From: a virus
IMG/VR virus record: IMGVR_UViG_2849712525_000001
Length of the DNA: 64,000 nucleotides
Reading direction: 5' to 3' (one strand)
The notes beneath the pieces were generated by a model. The model was given only the letters and a program-made list of their open reading frames with translations, was not told where the DNA came from and did no database searches. This document shows, one piece after another, positions 58,701 to 64,000 of this stretch (position 1 is the first letter of the stretch; every line of letters starts with the position of its first letter). Both the position numbers and the translations under genes were made by a program.

Positions 58701-59839
58701 CAAGTGAATCACTTTTCCAATTATCCTTCATAACATCTTCTAAAGAAAGTATACAGGGATATAATTTATTAATGCAAGGAATAAGAAGTGTGGTTATGAG
58801 AATGGATGAGAGCAAGGACAGTTTAGCAGATAGTGTGCTCATTCCTGGATTGAAGTGTATTATTAAAAACAATTGGCTAACTTCTGAAAAATTAAAAGCT
58901 TATTTGGATAAAATTTTGGAGATAACGGTCCAAATGAAAAAATATAATATCCAAAATTCCACTCATAGTATGCTAATAAATATACTTATTCAATATGATT
59001 TTGATATGGCTATATATTGTTATAGGCAATCATCATCAATTATTGATGATAATCGAGTCCATTATGAAATGGCTTTGGGGATTGTAAGCAGAGGACAAAA
59101 AATTGAATTGGCTGAAGAATGTCTTAAAAATGCAAGATATTTAATTAATGATTATTTTCAAAAATTTAATTTGGATTATTTCTATCATAAAATTAATGTA
59201 TATTTAAAAATTGCATCATGTGATTTTTATGATAAAAACACACAAAGAGAATATTTTGATAAGGCTGAAAAAGTTATTAAATCTATGGTTGATAGTGGCT
59301 GGAATAAAGAATTAAATGAAGCTGAATATAATCTGTATATAAAATTGTGTAATGAATTTAATAAACAAGTAGATGTTAAAAAGAGAGTTAGTAATTATCC
59401 TACTGAAATTCATAAAACTAATAAAATTAATTCCTTAGAAATACTTAAGGCAATCAATAAAGAAGAAGCTCTAAATTCATTTATTCAGGAGATTCGAAGA
59501 GCACATAAGCTAGATTCTATTGAAATAAATGAAGTCCTTATTCAAAAGTCTTTGGATATTACAGGAAATGTTAACAAAATTGTTAATATGTTTAAGGATT
59601 ATCATTATCCAAGTACCAATAGATATTCAAATAATAGTTTGAATTTTTGGATGACTGTTGCTGCAGCCTTAAAAAATCCATTATCTAAATCAGAAATGAT
59701 GAAGTATCTTATAGAAAATGGAGGAGGACATGATGGTTTTGGTGAGATGATAAAGGTTTTCGCCTATTTAGGAGATAAAGAGATGAGTATTAAGCTTTTT
59801 GAAAGTTTATTAAAATGTATTGAATTCTTATTGTGTTAA
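55769..59839 (+). CDS. STAND (NACHT-like) NTPase with N-terminal putative effector domain and long helical C-terminal region (Avs/NLR-like)
   Basis: Walker A LLTGNAGTGKSVCM and Walker B LLDGFDEV in NACHT arrangement; about 170-aa N-terminal domain; about 900-aa helical C-terminus; start at ATG after GGGAGGAG RBS; 1356 aa. Confidence 0.65.
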   Translation: MITINWSKFQLKNKNTTEAFESLCYFLFCRKFQITEGIHTDFNQVGLETEPIQDCDGKWWGFQSKFFEKNMNYLNISQSISKAVKAYKNLDYIIVYVNLFVKTTCNAAKKIEDICRKENIELIWYLPQNFEVELNQPNNLDLAEFFFGDTNLLEAIADSKSVRMNTLLHSKEYLELQLKNNKDVLTITHFCNEILEKNSKLFLLTGNAGTGKSVCMRKISNIFSGLEEESADNQLRKIESVNALCVFINLNNTSFDNLEKIINNYKKMYYANTSINKFIYLLDGFDEVPNQIVTQTLLFIEGLLDKDQTKKIIISSRISSHNKFILKATFQNIEEYTIVDLSKDLINKYFQSKNDIDRSRQFEIFYENNENLYDNLPDILTLSLFWEYILQIKHTHFLSDLLNLSIHTTLNDIHYKKYLDGLNLPNPKENAILKINKELSYSLFIDNEFSFTRERLISIISKYYPKCDYQSQNNIISYLSDCFFDYNLTDNSFIFSYQHRRFLEYFAILKFETMMKEDLCFLRKKDIIVNYDMFENLLIPHLQNQSEKNNDLPLAFEISLFNVYLDNDDNWGVDKYPYYWSNYIVYAIAGLSHDLFEIVLNDTSLPIHKFFNYMGDKTISLLQTGNTNYQDLDYFYRNFISLISLMYQYGKREYLSIYLDKFLTIDNLSQGNKYYYNASVRDNFLVWRNLVYIKMIILNCDVDKILDNLIENSKDINIDNLLKNNNDISINQITAIYYNLIMYYPQKCAKTISEMNYNQLSIFIVSMATVECLERILNNNVILKTLQTVLADEITGNKLSSLACIALKGIINVQLTVNERESLTIFLEGQKFDYFSLNEDNIDFISFLFIPLNVKAKGHASIIDYIMLYRDYYRLITCDCSLQYFASQLVEYLNNAKKMKYLGQKLIGKAIAFASLDIVELKNVIDYVNYNTDNENLLKVYFTLKSYNSQQYDKLINSSMIEQLNREDIYYDIDYISTSESLFQLSFITSSKESIQGYNLLMQGIRSVVMRMDESKDSLADSVLIPGLKCIIKNNWLTSEKLKAYLDKILEITVQMKKYNIQNSTHSMLINILIQYDFDMAIYCYRQSSSIIDDNRVHYEMALGIVSRGQKIELAEECLKNARYLINDYFQKFNLDYFYHKINVYLKIASCDFYDKNTQREYFDKAEKVIKSMVDSGWNKELNEAEYNLYIKLCNEFNKQVDVKKRVSNYPTEIHKTNKINSLEILKAINKEEALNSFIQEIRRAHKLDSIEINEVLIQKSLDITGNVNKIVNMFKDYHYPSTNRYSNNSLNFWMTVAAALKNPLSKSEMMKYLIENGGGHDGFGEMIKVFAYLGDKEMSIKLFESLLKCIEFLLC

Positions 59840-59847
59840 AATAAGTA

Positions 59848-59870
59848 TAGCAGTCAACTGCTGGAGATGA
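59848..59870 (+). promoter_or_regulatory. conserved palindrome+RBS motif (copy 3 of 5)
   Basis: TAGCAGTCAACTGCTGGAGATGA, 5 nt before ATG of 59876. Confidence 0.5.
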
Positions 59871-59875
59871 GGTAA

Positions 59876-60694
59876 ATGGCTAGAAAAGAATCACATTCGC
59901 GTTCAATTATGCCTGTTGATTATTCTAAGAAATTAGATGTGAGTATAGAAAGGAATTTTTATGATATGACAAGTATTATAGGTATGCAGACTAAGAAGAG
60001 TATATGTATCGGTGCAGACTCATGGAATACAAATCCAAGAGACAATCATTTTATCCAGAAACTGTTCGTTAACAAAGATAAAAGCGTAATTATAGCAAGT
60101 GCTGGAGATAATTCTAAATCATATGATGATTTTAATATTATTTATGTTAAAGATATAATTACAGAGTTGCTAAATGCTTATACTTCCTTTGATGTATTGT
60201 ACAATAATCTTATTTTAAAATCAGCAGAGTTTTTAGAGGATATGGATATTGAAGACAGAGCAAAGTTTATTCAATATTATATTGCTTGGATAGATGAAGG
60301 AAAAATAAAAACAAAGAGAGTGGAAATCAAAAAAGTGAAAGAGGCACAGCTCATAAAAAATGAAAATTTAGTTTTAAATGAGATAGGGACAAGCAAAGAA
60401 TATTATATGTATATTATTGACTTCACAAAAGAGGGCAATCCTGCTTTTAATTGCATAGGAACATATGCTGAATTATTTAATACTAATAAAAGGCATATAA
60501 AAAAAATTCCAAAGGAAACAGATAATATACAAAAAATTGTATTCAACAAGATTAGGCAACAGATTCAAAAAAATGATAGAGAAAAAAAGAATAACAAAGC
60601 AGATAAAACTATAGGAAATCCTATTTATGAGGTTTATATGGATATTCAAGGAAATGTCTGTACCTATATGAATGGCGTTGAAGAGAATTTTTAA
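59876..60694 (+). CDS. Ntn-hydrolase (proteasome-beta/HslV)-like family protein, member C
   Basis: Leader ..MTSIIGMQ then TKKSICIGADSWNT...KSVIIASAGDNSKSY (GxDS and AGxxD proteasome-like motifs). Confidence 0.4.
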   Translation: MARKESHSRSIMPVDYSKKLDVSIERNFYDMTSIIGMQTKKSICIGADSWNTNPRDNHFIQKLFVNKDKSVIIASAGDNSKSYDDFNIIYVKDIITELLNAYTSFDVLYNNLILKSAEFLEDMDIEDRAKFIQYYIAWIDEGKIKTKRVEIKKVKEAQLIKNENLVLNEIGTSKEYYMYIIDFTKEGNPAFNCIGTYAELFNTNKRHIKKIPKETDNIQKIVFNKIRQQIQKNDREKKNNKADKTIGNPIYEVYMDIQGNVCTYMNGVEENF

Positions 60695-60707
60695 TATAAT
60701 AAATATA

Positions 60708-60730
60708 TAGCAGTACTCTGCTGGAGATGA
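60708..60730 (+). promoter_or_regulatory. conserved palindrome+RBS motif (copy 4 of 5)
   Basis: TAGCAGTACTCTGCTGGAGATGA, 4 nt before ATG of 60735. Confidence 0.5.
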
Positions 60731-60734
60731 AATA

Positions 60735-61388
60735 ATGGAATGTAAAACAAATAGCATAAGAAAGGTTGGAGAAAATATGAGCTTTGTTGGCTTGCATAAT
60801 ACAAGAGAGGGAATCATTGGTTTTGCGGATAGTAAAGCAACATTAAGGTTTGCAAATGGTGTGATAGGTGAGGACGTCCAAAGAGGAAAGATAACTAAAA
60901 TATTTAAAAATGATAAATTTATTTTTGTTACACATGGTCATAATGAAATCTTTTCTGAAAAGAATAGAGTGAATATAGAAGATTATATTGCTGAACATTT
61001 AAAAAACGGAATTGACTATGAAATTTTTTTTAAATCTCTTGATGAGGCTATCCAAAATGATAAAGGCGATTATCATGATGGAAAATATGCTTTTATAATA
61101 GGAAGCAAAAACAAGAACAATAAATATTTTTTGCTTCGATGTTTCATAGAATATGATAAAAGAATTGTTTTTTCAAAAAAGGAATATGGAAAACAGGTTT
61201 TTTATGGAGGTAGTGAGTTTTATTGTCATTTATATAATAATCAAACATTTTATAATCATATCGAAATATCTAAATATGCTGATATGATTAAAAATTATAT
61301 TGAAACAATTATTGATGCAAAAGATGTATTTTCTGAAATTGAGTACAATGATGTAGGGAAACCTGTGAATGTAGAAATATTTCAGTAG
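60735..61388 (+). CDS. Ntn-hydrolase (proteasome-beta/HslV)-like family protein, member D
   Basis: MSFVGLHN|TREGIIGFADSKATLRFANGVIGEDVQRGKITKIFKNDKFIFVTHG; C-terminus VGKPVNVEIFQ as in member B. Confidence 0.45.
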   Translation: MECKTNSIRKVGENMSFVGLHNTREGIIGFADSKATLRFANGVIGEDVQRGKITKIFKNDKFIFVTHGHNEIFSEKNRVNIEDYIAEHLKNGIDYEIFFKSLDEAIQNDKGDYHDGKYAFIIGSKNKNNKYFLLRCFIEYDKRIVFSKKEYGKQVFYGGSEFYCHLYNNQTFYNHIEISKYADMIKNYIETIIDAKDVFSEIEYNDVGKPVNVEIFQ

Positions 61389-61603
61389 GGTAAATATATT
61401 ACTCTATGGATAATTAAAATATTTATATAAATGACCGACAAATTGGACCTGAATTATGTTTTTTTTAGTAAAAGTAGAAGAGAAAATGATGATTTAGTCA
61501 AACCTTGGTAATACTTATATATAATATCAGTATATTTTTGTATTAATTCATTTTCACAAACATAAAATAATGGTATACTGTATAAACATAAGAGGTGAAT
61601 TTT

Positions 61604-63013
61604 ATGAAAAAAATATTGCACATAAGAAATTTTGGAAAAATAAAACAAGCAGATATTGATTTACAAGAATTTGTATTATTTGTAGGTGATAATAACAGTG
61701 GAAAAACATATATAATGCAACTCATCTATGGGATTTTTAATTATATTGCAAAAACAAATTTTAAAAAACCTTCAAATATAGCTATTCCATCAAATTTTGA
61801 GGACTTTACAATTAATAATAACAGTTTTAATTATTATATTGATTGGCTAAATCAGAATATTAAAAAAGATATTACAGATATTATTCTGGATACATTTAAT
61901 AAGAATATTCCAGTTGGTGAGATTTGGTTTGAAATAGATTTGGAAAAGTATGATATTGATTGCAAGATATTTAGAAATTATAATTTAAAACAATTCTTTT
62001 ATAATGATGAAAAAAATGAAAATTTCACAATAGATATTGATTCTATAGTTAATGAAACTGAATCTACAATTGTGGCTGAAGTATCTCTTAAGGATGAAGA
62101 ATTAGTAACGATAAGGTCTATCAAAAGTCTGACTTTTTTGGATTCTAGTGATATACATAATGGTAAATATCAAGAGAAACTTATTTCTTCATTGCTTCAA
62201 ATGTTATATACTATAATATTTAAATTTACAAAATCACCATTATATTTACCATCATCTAGAGCAGGATTACATTTATTGTATAAAGAATATTTTTTAAGTA
62301 AGGGAGATATTGATTTTAATAAGAACCAAGTTATAGTTGACGATTCCAAAGATATAAGTCATGATTCAACGTTAACAAAGCCATTATATAACTATTTACG
62401 ATTTTTACAAAAATGGTCATTTGATAATAGAACAGCAAAAGAGAATCAGAAATTAATAGATTTTTTAGAGAATCGTTTAATTGATGGAGTATATCAAAAA
62501 ACAGAAAATATTGAATATATTCCTAATGGCTCAGAAGAATCGATTCCATTATATTTGTCATCATCAATGATATCTGAGTTAATCCCTTATTATTATTTTA
62601 TATGTAGTAAGGAATATAGTATAACAGATTATTTAATGATAGATGAGGCTGAATCAAGCTTGCATCCAAAAAAGCAATTTGAATTAGTTAGATTATTAGT
62701 TAGATTAAATAATCATAAGAAAACTATTATTATGAGTACACATAGTGATAGCCTTGCTGCTAAAATTAACAATATTGTCTTAATTTCGAATAAGTTTAAA
62801 AATAAGTCTGAAGACTTGCTAAGAAAATATAATTTAAATAAAGACGATTTGTTTAATAATCCAAATATCAAGGTTTATTCATTCTCAAATAAGGGAACTT
62901 ATAGTCAAGTTGATGAAGTTCCTTATGATAGGAAAATTGGTTTTACATTTGAAGGATTTGAAGATGCTTTAGATAGTTTAGTAGAAGAAGCAGAAGAAAT
63001 ATATAGGAATTGA
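61604..63013 (+). CDS. ABC/SMC-type (AAA_15/21-like) ATPase
   Basis: Walker A GDNNSGKTY, Walker B YLMIDEAESSLHP, H-loop IMSTHSD; start at ATG after AGAGGTGA RBS. Confidence 0.7.
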   Translation: MKKILHIRNFGKIKQADIDLQEFVLFVGDNNSGKTYIMQLIYGIFNYIAKTNFKKPSNIAIPSNFEDFTINNNSFNYYIDWLNQNIKKDITDIILDTFNKNIPVGEIWFEIDLEKYDIDCKIFRNYNLKQFFYNDEKNENFTIDIDSIVNETESTIVAEVSLKDEELVTIRSIKSLTFLDSSDIHNGKYQEKLISSLLQMLYTIIFKFTKSPLYLPSSRAGLHLLYKEYFLSKGDIDFNKNQVIVDDSKDISHDSTLTKPLYNYLRFLQKWSFDNRTAKENQKLIDFLENRLIDGVYQKTENIEYIPNGSEESIPLYLSSSMISELIPYYYFICSKEYSITDYLMIDEAESSLHPKKQFELVRLLVRLNNHKKTIIMSTHSDSLAAKINNIVLISNKFKNKSEDLLRKYNLNKDDLFNNPNIKVYSFSNKGTYSQVDEVPYDRKIGFTFEGFEDALDSLVEEAEEIYRN

Positions 63014-63022
63014 GAGAATACT

Positions 63023-63757
63023 ATGGAATTACAATATGTAAAATATGATGAAGGAACAAAAATCCAAAAAAGAAAACTATACAAAATAGATACTACAAAC
63101 GATAGTATATCTATAGATACAGTAGAAAAGCATTCAGATGACAAATATTGTGAATGTCTTCAATCAAAAATCAATATCTATTATGACCAAAATATTGAAA
63201 CATTCTTTGGACATGAATATAAACCAGAAGGTATTAAAAGCTCTAATTCAAAAAACACTGATATTGTAATAGGATTTTGTAGTAAATTAGAGAAGAAAAT
63301 AAAATACCATTCAATTGATTTGAAGCGCAATCTTATTACTTTTTCTGCCTTAGATACGCCTGAATATAATTTAAAAATTACTTATCAAACTATTTCACAT
63401 CTTATTGAACAGTGGACTGATAATTTAATATATGCAAATATGTGGAAGTGTATTTATAGAGCAAAATATCTAGACTTTCGCCCAATAGTAGCTACAAGAT
63501 ATTATAAGGAGGAGAATTTAGAATCTCTATTACTTTTAAATGAAAAAACTGATAGAAATATTGAATTACCAGGTATAGTGGATAAAAAAAGAAAGCTTAA
63601 GGAAAATGAAATAAAACAAAAATTGAAGGTGTTAAGAGATTTTATAGAAAAAAGAGCTGAATTAGATGGTCAATACTTTTCACTGGAAATAATCGTATTG
63701 GATAAACAAGAAGAGAATAAAAGATATTTTAAATGTTATGATTTCAAATATTACTAA
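63023..63757 (+). CDS. hypothetical partner protein of ABC-type ATPase
   Basis: 244-aa ORF 9 nt downstream of ATPase gene. Confidence 0.45.
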   Translation: MELQYVKYDEGTKIQKRKLYKIDTTNDSISIDTVEKHSDDKYCECLQSKINIYYDQNIETFFGHEYKPEGIKSSNSKNTDIVIGFCSKLEKKIKYHSIDLKRNLITFSALDTPEYNLKITYQTISHLIEQWTDNLIYANMWKCIYRAKYLDFRPIVATRYYKEENLESLLLLNEKTDRNIELPGIVDKKRKLKENEIKQKLKVLRDFIEKRAELDGQYFSLEIIVLDKQEENKRYFKCYDFKYY

Positions 63758-63905
63758 AAAATTAAATATTAATATTTAATTGTTAAGGACTATTTTATAG
63801 AGATGTAGTCCTTTTTAACTTAGATATTAATTTATAATCTATATAAAATACAGTTAAATGTAGTATATATCTACAAAAATTAAGTTTTCATATATAATGA
63901 TAAAA

Positions 63906-63928
63906 TAGCAGTCAACTGCTGGAGATGA
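63906..63928 (+). promoter_or_regulatory. conserved palindrome+RBS motif (copy 5 of 5)
   Basis: TAGCAGTCAACTGCTGGAGATGA, identical core to copy 3. Confidence 0.5.
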
Positions 63929-64000
63929 TTTTTATCAGAAGTAATAGTTATAGAAACAATAAGCCCATTTCAATGAGTTATAATAGTATAAGAAGGGATA
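63925..64000 (+). CDS. partial 5' end of a fifth family member (runs off window)
   Basis: Open frame from ATG in motif to window end; internal MSYNSIRRD at 63973 matches B (SNNIRRD) and D (TNSIRKV). Confidence 0.3.
   Translation, partial: MIFIRSNSYRNNKPISMSYNSIRRD

Noticed and set aside
52903-63928. Possibility that the five repeated 23-nt motifs are a CRISPR array
   Set aside because: Spacing is irregular (0.8-4.9 kb), each copy sits at a gene start with an RBS, and there are no short uniform spacers or cas genes
1-64000. rRNA genes, tmRNA, CRISPR arrays, transposase/integrase genes
   Set aside because: Nothing resembling 16S/23S/5S conserved segments, tmRNA tag-reading frame, regular short repeats, or DDE/tyrosine-recombinase motifs was seen in any frame

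Overview
AT-rich (about 30% GC) Firmicutes-type DNA, gene-dense, that looks like part of a large mobile replicon (plasmid or phage-plasmid) rather than core chromosome. The call rests on the hallmarks below.

Replication and partition:
- A RepA_N-type initiator (23652-25364) with a candidate countertranscript RNA upstream.
- A ParA/ParB pair (36186-38161) next to a 2-kb AT-rich non-coding region full of palindromic and iteron-like repeats.

Phage-like replication/recombination set:
- DnaE polymerase split by a putative group I intron (47595-48262).
- DnaQ-like exonuclease, RecD2-like helicase, RecJ-like DHH nuclease, RadC/JAB protein, RuvC-like resolvase, truncated ClpB/C-like ATPase, Y-family polymerase, HAD nucleotidase.

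RNA genes:
- A minus-strand array of about 20 tRNA genes (19981-22324) plus two more at 18425-18581 and a His-like tRNA at 13286-13360.
- Several tRNAs carry stem mismatches, two elements are degenerate, and one is a 3' tRNA fragment.

Other genes: flotillin, HD-GYP, PP2C phosphatase, SpoVS, tandem SpoVG, a Zn-module-less SIR2, a Pol-beta nucleotidyltransferase, and a TerD-like protein.

Most unusual region (52.3-64 kb): five paralogous genes with a proteasome-beta/HslV-like N-terminal motif, each preceded by the same 23-nt palindrome-plus-RBS motif. They surround a 1356-aa STAND (NACHT-like) NTPase, and an ABC-type ATPase with a partner gene follows.

Other repeated elements:
- Three copies of a perfect minus-strand sigma-A promoter.
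- Two pairs of paralogous genes linking the 11-20 kb and 51-55 kb regions.

Product and domain calls come from motif recognition by eye only; no searches were run.
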